This document shows, piece after piece, positions 43,001-54,000 of a DNA stretch of 64,000 nucleotides (its first letter is position 1; each line of letters starts with the position of its first letter). This stretch comes from Phoronis australis (Eukaryota > Animalia > Phoronida), in NCBI GenBank assembly GCA_002633005.1, contig NMRA01000055.1, forward strand, positions 434,001-498,000, in the 5' to 3' direction. Under the pieces are notes generated by a model. That model had not been told where the DNA came from, ran no database searches, and was given only the letters and a program-made list of their open reading frames with translations. Both the position numbers and the translations under genes were made by a program.

Positions 43001-46000
43001 AAGATACACCCTCATGCAGTATTCACCAGATGCTGCGTTTTTACACCATGTGACGCATACTAAAATGGAAGCCTAACCTTTTACCTTAGATAGGTTGTAA
43101 GAAATATAACTAAAGAAATAAAAAAACAGATTCATCTTATTTTTTAAATGTACATTGTGCCTTGTTCAGAACAAATTTTACTAACAGTAATGATTAGTTT
43201 GAAAGTCTACAGCAAACAATATGCACGTATATGCGGGTGCACAATGCACAAGTACATGCAGGTGCAAAATGCACATGCAGGTGCATAAAGACTCCTATCA
43301 AGCCGCTTTACCATCCCCATTGTAGACAGGAAGCCCTGATCAATGCCGAGACTGTGCCAGGAGACATCGGCCACCTGATGAGAAACGAATCCGAGCATGA
43401 ACGCAATCAGCTTCCTCGTCTCCTCGTTCCAGGGCTGAGGGTAGGTGGTGCGGATGTAATCTAGCGTAGTGGACAGGAAGGGTGACCAGTGGGTGTCCTC
43501 CGACACTTGGTGAAACACACCTGAAGAAGGAAGACTTCTGGGATACCAGGTTGACACAAGTGGCACAAAGATTATAATTTTTTTGTCAGACAGACTTGCT
43601 GTCCACAGGCGGGTCATTTATGCCAGCAGTCAGTTCATTTTCTTTCCACCAATACTGCATTATAAGTGGCGTAATGAAATACTTTATCACAGATACTTCG
43701 TCACCAATAATTCACTCCTGTGATTTCGATGGAGACTTAAGCAGCTGAATCTCACAGCATTATATTTGCCATAATCATGTTACGGGATATTAAAATGAAT
43801 CACGTAAAATCACCTGTGACTGAAAAAAAAGTCAACTCGGCTTCTTTTGCTCAACAGTCAACTGGTTCTCAAAATGCAGGCAAGTTATATCAAACTATTG
43901 CCATTTCCAGTACTCGAAATGTTAGGAGCTGTATGTCGGACATTTGTTATTGGTGTTAAAGAATGACTGCATTAAACTCGCTAAAGCCCGCTCTCTCCTA
44001 TGCATGTTTGTCCTCTGAATTTAGTTGTCCGGCTACAAAAATATTAGAGAAAATGCCAGCACTTTTGGAGTAACCCAAAAAGTGCCAGCAAAAATTACCC
44101 TTGCAACCAATCACATTACCGTCAATTAACTTACTACCAAGAATGCTAACATTTAAGCCAGTATGACAATACTAGCGTAATGGAGATTCTTCAAAAAGTT
44201 CCCCATTCCTCACTCACTGTTTCAAACTGTCTCTAGAGTGAATTTAATAATACAATTTGATGTTAAAAATGTTGACATTTGTTTTACACAAATTCCAGCA
44301 CGCATTTTAAATCAAATTGGTTGCTCTAATCAGAACACTTGAGTCCATTTGCATGTCAAATAATTTCTAAAAGAAACAGTGATGACATTCACTTAACTGT
44401 ATAAAATTCAAGCTTAAAAATACACAAGCAAGGCTTACGCCTGCGTGCCGGTTGAGGGTATGCCCAAACCACTATTTGTAAGTGACTATTTAATTCCATC
44501 TTACTGGCTTCCATGGAAAACTTTCACGAACTGATGGCAACAAAGCCACAAAGAACTGAACACCGTAGTAAAAGGCTGTAAGAATTTTATAATGTGGTGG
44601 ATAACTGACACTCCACCTTATTTGAAATTTCTTAAAAAAACAACTTTAAAGAAAATTTTCTTTGCTATGGATCATATACAGAATTTGTTGAATACACGAC
44701 ACTTTTCATTTTTCACGGTCTTTATTCCGTTGCGTTCATACTTTCTGAACAAAACTCTACTCTCTACTGAACATAGATACAGTAACTGACCTAGCGACAT
44801 AATTAAAAAGACACACGATATTNAAGCGAAAGTCCGCCCCGTTGCACAGTGTAGTGTTGTTTATGAATTTGTATGCCCTATGAATGAATGTCTTCGTTCA
44901 AACGTCAAACAATGTTACATTGGTCAAACGGTTTGCAGTCTTTCCCGTCGGTTATCCATGCATCTTCAAAATGGCGCCATTCAAGATCATTTTCTGCAAT
45001 ACCACGCACGTAAAATCACCCGTCAAGAAATTGTGGAAAACACGTCAATTCGCTACGTGGAGCAAGATGTGCTGCGTTTGAAAGTATTAGAGTCCCTTTT
45101 AATTGCTTTTGAGAAGCCTATTTTGAATGAGCAGCAAACAGGGTCGCGCCGCACGTTACACTTGTTTGCGTGACTTTCCTGTTACCCTAATTCTTTAGTC
45201 ATTCTTTGCAGTATTTCACACCCGCCGTGTCTCACTGTGTGTGTCGTCAGCTTATACTCTGTGGTGGCATTACTGCGTCATTTTATCTTCACTTGAGAAT
45301 GAAACAAGTATGTTTCGAAATATCGTGTGTCTTTTTAATTATGTCGCTAGGTCAGTTACTGTATCTATGTTCAGTAGAGAGTAGAGTTTTGTTCAGAAAG
45401 TATGAACGCAACGGAATAAAGACCGTGAAAAATGAAAAGTGTCGTGTATTCAACAAATTCTGTATAACAGAAAACTTGCTCCTTATGGATCATATACTAA
45501 ACTATTATTACAAAAGCAACGCGGAGCATTCAAATGCGCCCACGAATGCATCGCAAATGGTGTGCTTTTAGGGTTGTTTATTTGTGTCATAAAAATGGCC
45601 ACTAGATGGTGCAAAAACTGTACAATCCATCCGAAAACGGGAACATGCCATTGCCACTAGGGGGATCCACCTGAAAGTCGTCATTGTCAGTTTTTAGCCT
45701 CATATAAATACACCTACTAATTAAATCTAATAAAGATCCTGCAGTGGGTTTAGGAGATACAGCTATGGACGCAAAACAAAACAAAACTACCATTAGGAGG
45801 CGCCACAGTAGTCAAAGTCGTCGGAAAATCATTGTCAACCGTCATCTTCATAGTAAGAACATACATGCCAATTTTCACAATTATGCTTAGAGCGGTTTGG
45901 TTGATAGAGGGGTGGACGCTACAAAACAGACTCGGAAACAGTAAAAATGACCACTAGGTGCCACAAACTACGTCGAATCCATTCGAAAACGGGAGGATAC

Positions 46001-48538
46001 TGTCGTCTCACTAATTGATGCCCATATACCAAATTTTGTGAAAATACGTTGAGGACCTTTGAAGACACAGAGGTAAACGTAAAAAAACTAAAATTGCCAC
46101 TAGGGGGGCACACCGGTAGTCGGATCTGTCCGAAACTTTGCTCATGCTGTCCCATCTATGAAAGGAACACGTGCAAAATTTCACGAACATACCTCAACCG
46201 GTTTTGGAGATAGAGCAGCAGATGGACGGACGGACGAACAGAGATGACTGCATAATGCGTCCACAAATAAATATGTGGGCGCATAAAAATAACCTTCCCC
46301 ATATTCAAAGCAACAGATGAAAAAATATGGTGAAGCCAGTTTGAAGGTATTACTAGAGGGTGTCATGTGACAACTCAAAAACATATCACAAAATATTCCA
46401 CAGGCAAGGACGTGAATGGCATCACGAGAAGCTTGGCTCAAGTGAAAAACTGTCATCTCTCATAGTACAAAAAGAGAATTTGAATGGACTTTGAGACAAC
46501 TAGCTCTAGTGAAAAACTATCATCTTCCAGTCGAAGGGAAGGCATGGATCGGGTCTGAGAAACAAGATCACTTTTAATAAATTTTAAAAATCTCACCATG
46601 GTAACACACAGACGAGTAAAAGGAGTCTGGATAGGTATTGCCAGCTTGGAATGCATCTTGATTATTTTCTATCACCTGCAAACACACATTTATTTCATAA
46701 AACTACAATGAAAATGAAACACCTATAGGGCAAAATCAGAAGAAACTCATATGACGAACACCAAATTATTTACGGCATTTTATTTTACTTTGATGTTGAC
46801 AATTTATGATCCATCCATAAAGAGCTGAATATAACTTAAAGTAAGATACTATTAACATGCTGAACACTCAAGGCAGATTTTAACTACAACTTTCCCAGTT
46901 TTTCATAAAAGGGTGATGCTGGAAATAACATATTATTTGGTCGTTTATTCACAGATAAAAATTACAGCACTATGCTCATCAGCAAAACATAACTGTAACA
47001 AGTTTTTATGGAAATTCTATAGAAATGAAACTTGGCAAAATCTTAACCCAGTCGTAGATTATTTGCAGAAAGTGCATGTCCTAGGTTAATGACAAAAATA
47101 CCTTCTCAAAGGCAAACAGTATTAGCCAAAAGAGTACAACAATGGCCTGGAGCTCCTCGTCATAATGACTGGGGTGAACCTGAATTCACAATCACAGTAG
47201 TCTTCTCTCATGATTGAGAACTAAGGGTGAATTTAAAGAAAAGTTGATAACATAGCCAGGCCATTCTCTAATAGAATTTTGCCTCCTTGATAGTTACTAC
47301 ACCTCATTTTTGCTGTCAAAAGAATTACGCGCCAACGGAGAAATGATACTTTGTCTGATCACTAATTTTTTGTACTATATGCCCTTGATTGTCTATTCAG
47401 CCCTACCTGTTTAAAGTCTGTCTTGTGCTCTGTTTTGTGCTGGAAGAAGCTCAGTGCTCTGTGACCTACAATGAATTTGAACACCTAAAGAAACTCAGGT
47501 TTTTGCCCAGTTTAGCTGGCAACAGAAATATGACACGAGAAATCAATCAACAGAAAAAAATCATAAGCAATTAAAAATCTCAAATGACTCGAGAACGAAA
47601 ACCTGCAGCGAAAAGTAACGAGCTCTATGTACATTCTAAATTTCAGAAGACACCTCTCAGATGAGAGCAAAGCAAGGCAAAAATTCAGTAAAAAAAGGCC
47701 CGCAAAGTGCCATTCTCGGTATGATTTCGACCATGAAGAACAACAGACCGCTAATGATTGATGAGTTGTCCTCTTGTGAGCAAATTTCATGTCGATCAGA
47801 CAAGAAATGTAGCACTGTACACTGTTAGACAGTACTACCGTCTCAAGTAACGTCATATCACACCATGGAATACGACGTCACACCACCGACCAGGCAGTGT
47901 TAAAAATGGCCAGTTACTGATTTTGGGAACTGAAAGAGGGACTGCTAAAAAAAGTTTGATAACGGGAGTATTTGTTCGAGTTGCCGGGAAGGAATTAAAG
48001 ACATCAATGGACTCCAAACGTGTCCCTCTACGTGCATAATTTAAGGTATTTAGAATGTGACTTTGATGTTTTAGTCAGTGTGATTCTCCAAACAGCTTCC
48101 ACACTGTCTCTACTGAGCCAGCTAGCGACAGTGGTCACTGACTACACCTATGCTACAGTACAGGAAAGCACATACAGCTGGATGGCTGGCTACAGGAAAT
48201 GTTACTCAAGGTCCTAAACTCTCAGGTTAGTCTTATACTCTTATAGGTAGGTATTCAGCCACCTAACTGCATGAAGACTATCTTCAAAATACACATCTGT
48301 ATTTAATATACAGGTTTCCACCAAGGCTAATAGGTAGGGTACAGTTTTAGTAGCCCTGGTGCAAAGCTGTGTCCTAATGGGAATGTGTATTTTGACGACA
48401 GTCTTCATACAGCTAGCTGGCTGGCTACAGTTGTAGTAACTTCCAAATACCTATTTCAGTATGAGTAGTAATGCCACAACCATATACTACACAGTAAATG
48501 TTGAGCAAAAGAGACAAGAGCAAAGCAATTGCAAACAT
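27919..48538 (-). CDS. GPLD1: Phosphatidylinositol-glycan-specific phospholipase D (GPI-PLD), 20 coding exons
   Basis: Signal peptide followed by CGITTHTEIGHRAL, then QDAFQAGNTYPD, SEDTHWSPFL, SHQVADVSWHSLG and DFHGSFDKAHSAGDVGGD (zinc-dependent phospholipase domain). FG-GAP repeats follow (ADFNGDG, VDFNCDG, GDLNRDG), ending in the C-terminal GARLGGAV. All junctions are GT-AG and phase-consistent except exon 9 (see findings). Confidence 0.96.
29160..29284 (-). CDS. GPLD1: GPLD1 exon 19
   Basis: AEQGIAYVY...RCDKEFIQPCPAHV. Confidence 0.9.
29773..29860 (-). CDS. GPLD1: GPLD1 exon 18
   Basis: FTDLLDEGLDDLIVTSPFRTVDPTEEISG; compare human LSDLDDDGLDEIIMAAPLR. Confidence 0.9.
29933..30154. mobile_element. 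Short palindromic MITE (Harbinger-like termini)
   Basis: ggggcatgttccaagaaa ... tttcttggaatgggcc, with internal inverted symmetry. Confidence 0.5.
30480..31627. mobile_element. Tc1/mariner-pogo-type non-autonomous element
   Basis: TIRs cagtattcgccgtaataaccgccca / tgggcggttattacggcgaatacgg; TA follows the right end; repeated taagcgccc subterminal motifs. Confidence 0.8.
32043..32197 (-). CDS. GPLD1: GPLD1 exon 17
   Basis: ...LPQVGGVSVYNVS...FYGDRLFDRFGSKVL; compare human FSGDRRFSRFG. Confidence 0.9.
32310..32745. mobile_element. Degenerate foldback/MITE-like inverted structure
   Basis: Nested imperfect arms: atcctccaaacc/ggtttagaggat and cagggagaggaacaatt/aatcgtttctactccctg. Confidence 0.4.
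33398..33594 (-). CDS. GPLD1: GPLD1 exon 16
   Basis: ANCSFSQDDVQRTGKFFVY...GKTEFENLGSSFSIGTPY... Confidence 0.9.
34305..34455 (-). CDS. GPLD1: GPLD1 exon 15
   Basis: GHMLSTSDFDWSVSGDQDYGWYGYS...LMIGSPTYRKCA(R). Confidence 0.92.
34941..35088 (-). CDS. GPLD1: GPLD1 exon 14 (FG-GAP)
   Basis: STYCNLGWSLAGGDLNRDGCADLVIGSPYAAAGGSQRGLVGVIYAKKSF. Confidence 0.93.
35092..35197. repeat. 20-bp minisatellite, about 5 copies, abutting the GPLD1 exon 14 acceptor
   Basis: aatttaaaggaacactgccc units. Confidence 0.93.
36452..36526 (-). CDS. GPLD1: GPLD1 exon 13
   Basis: GEVYIYYGHGQHGLSPKPDVTIQCS; 75 nt, phase 0-0. Confidence 0.92.
37028..37135 (-). CDS. GPLD1: GPLD1 exon 12 (FG-GAP)
   Basis: NGKFGWSLAAVDFNCDGVTDLAVSAPSVGSPELTYR. 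Confidence 0.93.
37730..37907 (-). CDS. GPLD1: GPLD1 exon 11 (FG-GAP)
   Basis: SLLTADFNGDGHFDVAFGAPGHSAGLGRVYFIHGSGQGLP... Confidence 0.92.
38150..38283 (-). CDS. GPLD1: GPLD1 exon 10
   Basis: ETLELLKWKS...RRPNAVYRTNEPYADLG(R); compare human SPLASYFLSFPYARLGW. Confidence 0.82.
39020..39220 (-). CDS. GPLD1: GPLD1 exon 9 (donor uncertain; apparent frameshift near 39056)
   Basis: SCSVPRSPLFIRC...KNGYF...DIMRTQH, then the frame hits a stop; candidate donors at 39166, 39055 or 39020. Confidence 0.7.
39871..40010 (-). CDS. GPLD1: GPLD1 exon 8
   Basis: LFPDFAYKSPFLVHQLSDYFLGGMNDMAVWTTNIWDEAIHILNEGD. Confidence 0.94.
40931..40958 (-). CDS. GPLD1: GPLD1 exon 7 (28-nt micro-exon)
   Basis: tttag|ACTTGGTGAGAAATTGGCCATCAAGAAG|gtaagt; (R)LGEKLAIKK, matches human MYGEMLAVSK and bridges phase 2 to phase 0. 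Confidence 0.88.
41493..41603 (-). CDS. GPLD1: GPLD1 exon 6
   Basis: (W)YIPVDDLFNIYQLYYSGHTNMTRQVIEDCTLIMFLA(R). Confidence 0.92.
41740..41880 (-). mobile_element. SINE fragment resembling the conserved central domain of invertebrate tRNA-derived SINEs
   Basis: ctggatggaatgctagtctatcacaggtt...ctggtactcatt...aagtgctttgc resembles the reverse strand of widespread marine-invertebrate SINE cores (from memory). Confidence 0.4.
42415..42524 (-). CDS. GPLD1: GPLD1 exon 5
   Basis: TDFHGSFDKAHSAGDVGGDIVNEFELNLDYINSTAP(W). Confidence 0.94.
42674..42747. repeat. 36-bp tandem duplication
   Basis: gagtttatcaagtttgagagtacgttgtagtttctt x2. Confidence 0.9.
43312..43520 (-). CDS. GPLD1: GPLD1 exon 4
   Basis: GVFHQVSEDTHWSPFL...SHQVADVSWHSLGIDQGFLSTMGM. 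Confidence 0.95.
44680..45483 (+). mobile_element. Penelope-like retroelement with GIY-YIG endonuclease and inverted pLTR
   Basis: About 44850-45173 encodes SVVYEFVCP...CYIGQT..LSRRL.MH...LE...I..EKP.LN.Q (GIY-YIG). The pLTR follows, then the ORF N-terminus MSLGQLL...FRKYE...[11 protein letters not shown]. 44680-44822 is an inverted copy. 14-bp TSD tatggatcatatac (44666-44679 / 45484-45497). Confidence 0.92.
45290..45327 (+). ncRNA. Variant hammerhead-ribozyme-like motif in Penelope pLTR
   Basis: Identical to 18754-18791. Confidence 0.5.
45510..46289 (+). mobile_element. Helentron/HINE-like element, copy D
   Basis: acaaaagcaacgcggagc...tgcgcccac start; internal units; ggacggacggacg; terminal hairpin ending atatgtgggcgcataaaaa. 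Confidence 0.72.
46597..46675 (-). CDS. GPLD1: GPLD1 exon 3
   Basis: VIENNQDAFQAGNTYPDSFYSSVCYH; ttgcag|...|gtgaga. Confidence 0.93.
47407..47465 (-). CDS. GPLD1: GPLD1 exon 2
   Basis: ttgtag|GTCACAGAGC...AAACAG|gtaggg; (G)HRALSFFQHKTEHKTDFKQ. Confidence 0.9.
48451..48538 (-). CDS. GPLD1: GPLD1 exon 1 (start codon, signal peptide)
   Basis: MFAIALLLSLLLNIYCVVYG-CGITTHTEI G|gtattt; 88 nt. Confidence 0.92.
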
Positions 48539-49834
48539 TTTGTGATCGTTAAACTATTATTAGAAGTATCATCTCCAACACTACAAAGTCCATGATGACC
48601 TTAGAGCGCCACCTATAGATGTTTGGGGTAACAGCCGCCAGGAGGCGATGCTTTGTGAGCTTGCTCGGACCAAGCTATGGCTTGGACGCTTTTGAGTGAA
48701 CTTATATTCATTCAGGCAATCAGGTGAACTTTTTGTTCAACGTGAAGAATTTTTGCAATTAATGGCCTCATTATCACCCATTTTTTCCTTTTACCTAACT
48801 TTTGTCGAAGAATAGGAGGAATATGTGAATAGTTAAATCAATTATTTTTTGGCGAATATGATCGTCAATTTAATTGAAAAACACCATGCTCTAAAATTAC
48901 GTTATTTTATTAACATGTAATTTGATTAAGTGAAGTGAGCGTGATTATTTGAGTGAACTTGTCAAGTTTCCTCGATTAAAGACTTCTTCAATCATTTTAG
49001 CCAACACCAGCGTCAAGTGTTCTCATATGTCTTACTCGGCGCATAAACGTTTATCAAAGGCACTGATAAAGCTTTGAACAAAACACGTGGCAATAAAGAG
49101 GCCGGAGACCAAAACAGGAAAAATGATCGCAGAAATAATGCAACATGAGAGCGAAATTTTTTATATTTTATTTATGTGCGTAATTAAGACTTGTTGGTCC
49201 TCTGAAAATCACCGAAGGGACTCCACCAGTCTTCTAGTCATAGCGGACAACAAAGGAGAAAAGATTACCACAAAATCGTAATGACACTTTTCATAACCAG
49301 CCGACTGAGCGGACAAGATCACACAAGATAGCATGAAGTTTTGTATGTGACAGGGAAAATTACTATACGCCCAATTCCCTTTAATCAACCAGAAGCCATA
49401 CACAATAACAGTAATAAATAATTAAAAATGTATGAATGTAAAAAGGTAGCGATAAATATTTAAGGTGATAATAAATCCGTCACTCTGAATCCAGGAATGG
49501 TGACATCAAAAAATAATCATAACAGTCAAATAGGCCTGTTTCTGATAGTTAACCCCCAGTCGGAATCCAGACATAATGGAAGTAATAAATATTGATAACG
49601 ACTCCACACGAAGCTAATAGGATGCGCCTTGGTCAGAACAAAAAACTATCGTGAGCGCTGGTTCCACTGGAGTGAAATTTGACAATAAAAATTACATTGT
49701 GATGAATGCATTTTGAGATTCTAGCATATTGTATAGTTCATTGAAATGATTGGTATGTATGATTACATAAGTAACAATTTATCTAGTATTTATTCTGGGG
49801 AAACTCATTTTACTTCTATTATTAATTGCTGTGG

Positions 49835-49836
<2 letters not shown>

Positions 49837-49883
<47 letters not shown>

Positions 49884-50168
49884 NNNNNNNNNNNNNNNNN
49901 NNNNNNNNNNNNNNNNNNNNNNNNNNNNNNNNNNNNNNNNNNNNNNNNNNNNNNNNNNNNNNNNNNNNNNNNNNNNNNNNNNNNNNNNNNNNNNNNNNNN
50001 GTGTGTGTGTGTGTGTGAATGAATGTATGTATGTATATTGTATATGTATATTGTATATGTATATTGTATATTGTATATTGTATATGTATATTGTATATGT
50101 ATATAGTATATATTGTATATGTATATTGTATATTGTATATGTATATTGTATATTGTATATGTATATAT
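49837..50168. repeat. (GT)n microsatellite spanning an N gap (49884-50000), followed by a (TATATTG/TATATG)n repeat
   Basis: Read directly from the sequence. Confidence 0.97.
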
Positions 50169-50744
50169 CCATGCAGTGCTCTTATCGTATTTTATGTTAG
50201 GCGCGACGTTCAGCTAAGACCAGAAAGTGGTCGGAGACCATTGTGTTCTTGATTGTTTTTTGGATCATAGGTAATAATATCCGTAAAAATAGTAAAAGCC
50301 AGTCCCCAATGGACACTACAATAAATGATGTGACAATGGAGATTAAACATTTTACAAACTAACACTTAATTAGTCGCAACCGATATGATAATTTATTCAG
50401 AAATTGAGCATCGAGGCTGTCAAATAAGAACGTGATGGGCGACAACGATCATATCCTTTAATGACGTCGCCTTCATCACGTTTTTTGTTGTACTCTGAAA
50501 AATATATGAATTACATATCTCTTTAATAAAGTTTTACAGCTGTTGTTTGAAGGACGTGTAGATATGTTGATGTGTTAGGGGCCAGAGGCGTACATGTACA
50601 AACGCTAAACTCTTGTCGATTAGTCGCCAGCATGTATAATTATAAGACGTGCTTTTCTGCCTCTCTCGACGTGAGCATCTGCGGCCATTGCATGTCAATG
50701 TGGGCAGCACTTGATCTTTATTCATGCTTCAAAATGATTATGCG

Positions 50745-50892
50745 GGCCTGCGTTCCGTAGACCCAAAAACTCGCGAAAACGCAAGATCCGACACAAATCT
50801 TCGCGAGATATCGTCATGTATTACAAGCACAGAATGTGATCACATTGCATTTTCTTGCGAGTGTCTTTGGTCTACGGAACGCAACGCAGGCC
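50745..50892. mobile_element. Short hairpin MITE
   Basis: ggcctgcgttccgtagacc...ggtctacggaacgcaacgcaggcc. Confidence 0.6.
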
Positions 50893-51006
50893 AATGAGAC
50901 TGGCATGAAGACGCTGGGATATAACTGCAATGACGTCGAAACAGTGCAAACGACACAGAAATAATTGAAACAACCATTGTACCTTTTATTTAGTTACAGC
51001 TTCAAG

Positions 51007-51019
51007 ATGATAGCTCCAT
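51007..51019 (+). CDS. TP53I13: TP53I13-like probable first coding micro-exon (whole exon 51000-51019)
   Basis: tttagttacag|CTTCAAG ATG ATA GCT CCA T|gtaagt. The phase-1 donor fits the phase-1 acceptor at 55466 and completes a signal peptide. Confidence 0.6.
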
Positions 51020-54000
51020 GTAAGTATAATATAAATCAAATTAAAGCAAAAAGTTCTGGTTACATTAGTTGTGCCTTATATACTTTTCTCAAAATTCTTT
51101 CTCAGAAAACGGGTACTTTGAACTTCTCATCATGTTTTCTGAGATTCTGTAAAATAAATTCGCGGTAAGTTTGTTTCCCCTTGTTCGACCAGACGGAAAC
51201 CCGTGGGCGACTTCATTTGAAACCTGACAAAAGAATGATTTTCGCACTGTAAAGGCAGTGTTTTTGTAATAAAAAAGTAGCTAAATGAATTATATTTCCC
51301 ACCGATCGAACCGTCCAGAGGAGTGAAGGTGAAGCGAGGTAATAAGGATTGTCTACACTTATTCCGAAAATCTGAAGAAGTCTTTTGGAATTTTATATTG
51401 GGTGTGAATGCCAGTGTACTAAACTTTTACCTCTATTATTCAAATACAAGTGTGGGGAATGTTTCATCACGAATGCATGGAAATCTCCGAGCTTCCAATA
51501 TAAACAGAATGATAGATTATGTTCGTCATGGATATGACGTGTTCGTGTGCGTATGCGTGTGCGTGAATATAACCTGTTTGTACAAGTTTTAGTCAGTTTG
51601 TGGTGTTGAAAATGCAAGACACACTCCTAGCTCCTTCAGATTCCAGTATTCAAAATTTCATTAGGTTTGATGGTGATTTCTTTGTTCATTCGTGCAAGGT
51701 TGAGCAGTAAGTCCATCTAAAGTTGATACGCATCCGCCGTCAGTCAAAATGTTACTTTTGTTACCGAACTCTTAACGGTTAGAAAACTGGTTTCAACTAA
51801 TTTTTCACTAAGATTAAAAGTTCATTAGCAAGCTCATTAACTAACTGACTTAACGTCTCATTCTCGTGGACCAAAAGCAATAGTTGCAAAGGCTGGGTGA
51901 TCTTATTCGTAGGCATATCAATACACTAAAGACTTTTGAACCTATACACATCAACTTTATTCAAAGACAGATTTGGTCTTCCAAAGACTGTCACCACCTG
52001 GAATTCCCTGGAAACCATTGACATGTTTTACATTCGTTTGATACCTTGACACTTCAATGCTTTTCCGAACAGTCACAAAACCAGGCCTTCATGACAAGTT
52101 CGCTACCCGGCATCAGGTTTTTCAGGCGATGCACTCGACGAGATAATTGAGATACAGAGGAGTTGTATTGAATAGAAGGATTGGTGTAATTATACAACTC
52201 ACAGTTCTCCACATGTCCATGAGGACAACTCGGGTGAAAACAAAAATGGTCGCGGCGGCATATTTTGAGAGACTTCCACGAGTAATCTGTCAACGACTTG
52301 GAAAGTTACTGTTCATGAGAATAAATGAACATTGCAAGTGAATTTAAAGGCGAAGGCAACCTTTTTTCATGTCATTTTGAGCTAAAATAAGGTTGGTTGG
52401 TTATCCTAGACATATTTTCCACTTAATTACAGTTTTTCGTAATTTTATTAATTACTCGTCCTCTACTCCGGAAGTGACGTTTTGGGAGGCAAGCGTTTCC
52501 CGCCACTTGGTTTTGCGTTGAGTTTACCGTGCAAATCTGTTCTATTCTACTTTTGTTTTGTGCTGTTTTTCAACAATTGTCGCCACCACTTTCCATCGAC
52601 GAGTATTCTGCGGCAAGATAGGTTAGTAGAGAATTCAACTACGTTGGATTTAGGGAATGTTTAGTGTGTTGTAAGCTGAAAATCATGGGCTGGAGTCGAT
52701 GACCCGTATCACAGTGACAGTAGTGTGAGTGACGGAGACCTTGTTCACGGCAGTGGTGACGAGGAATTTTTTCACGGACATTCAGTGAGTGGGTACATGT
52801 TTGAACCGAGTATAACGAGGTAGAGTACGCACAGGCACAGGCAGTTGTTGAGAGAAACGGGGCGGCTATACTGAGGACAGACGTGGTGACACATCTAGGT
52901 GCAAATGCACTGTGTGCGTTGTTATGCCTACCTCAATGGAATGCTGTTCAGAGTTCGACGAGGCCAAGCCACTACTGGAAACGGTTACGTGGACCTCCGG
53001 CATACCACGAACAGAGGAACAACTGTCCCACTTGCCAGAGTGTCCCGCGACACACTCCCACTGGATGGTGACCTGAGCACCCAAACTGCTTACATCGTGT
53101 CGTGTGACTCCCTCGTCATACACTTGGCACCTTATAAATAGCTCCAACACTTTAGACAAGTCCACAATAAACTTATCAAAGTTTGGCTCACCGATCTGTT
53201 CACTGGACGACCAACTGTCCTCTTCACTGGGTGTCGAACTGGGCCTCTAATCACTCCCACTACTCAATATCGCTGCAGGGCTGCTTAGAGGCTCTGGGCT
53301 GGAGACAACAGCACAGGGCGAATCACTACTGGTTCCAGGAATGGCACGCTCTGGGGTACATTCGGAGGCACGGGTGACAGTGGATGAAGTGCCTCCACTG
53401 GCTCCAGTCACTGTACTGGCCACAGCTCGCGAGCCTTCTCTCTTCAAAAACGCACTTCTCAGGGGGTGGCGACGGGGCACTGCCGGGAATCAACACAGAC
53501 GGAATGGCATCCTTCTTCAGGCGTTGTTTCGCAGGACCTTCATCAGTTCAGCGTACAAATCCCTTTCGTAATCGGACGGCAGAAAGTGCTTGCCACACAC
53601 ACGGTAATTCTCGACTGCTTTGTACGTTGCGTGGACGGGTAACGCTGCGTTCTTCACACGAACGAGCCAAGTACGGCGAAGTGTGTCATCCATCGGAAAG
53701 CGATGCTAAGGTACTCCCAAAGAGCGTGTGAGACGATAATTAGTACATCCCGTTACTCAGCAACAGTGTGGCATGTTGACTGACTAGTAAATGAAAGCAA
53801 ACGACGACGTAACTTAACACAACCGAGGTAGAACATTGGCTGACTCGGCAGCTCTCACAGTCAGACTATCTGAAAAGAAATTGGCGCGAAATGCTTGCCT
53901 CCTAAAACGTCACTTCCGGAATAGCGGACGAGTAATTAACAAAATTACGAAAAGCTGTAATTAAGTGGAAAATATGTCTAGGACAACCAATCAACCTTAA

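Noticed and set aside
47102-47179. Phase 0-0 78-nt open segment (VHPSHYDEELQAIVVLFWLILFAFEK) as a GPLD1 cassette exon
   Set aside because: Poor pyrimidine tract. Exons 2 and 3 already align contiguously with known GPLD1.
49746-50252. ORFs rich in CV/HT/YI repeats
   Set aside because: Translations of microsatellites and an N gap.
52054-52340. Possible GPCR TM6-TM7 fragment on the minus strand
   Set aside because: Similarity too weak, with no NPxxY or CWxP motif.
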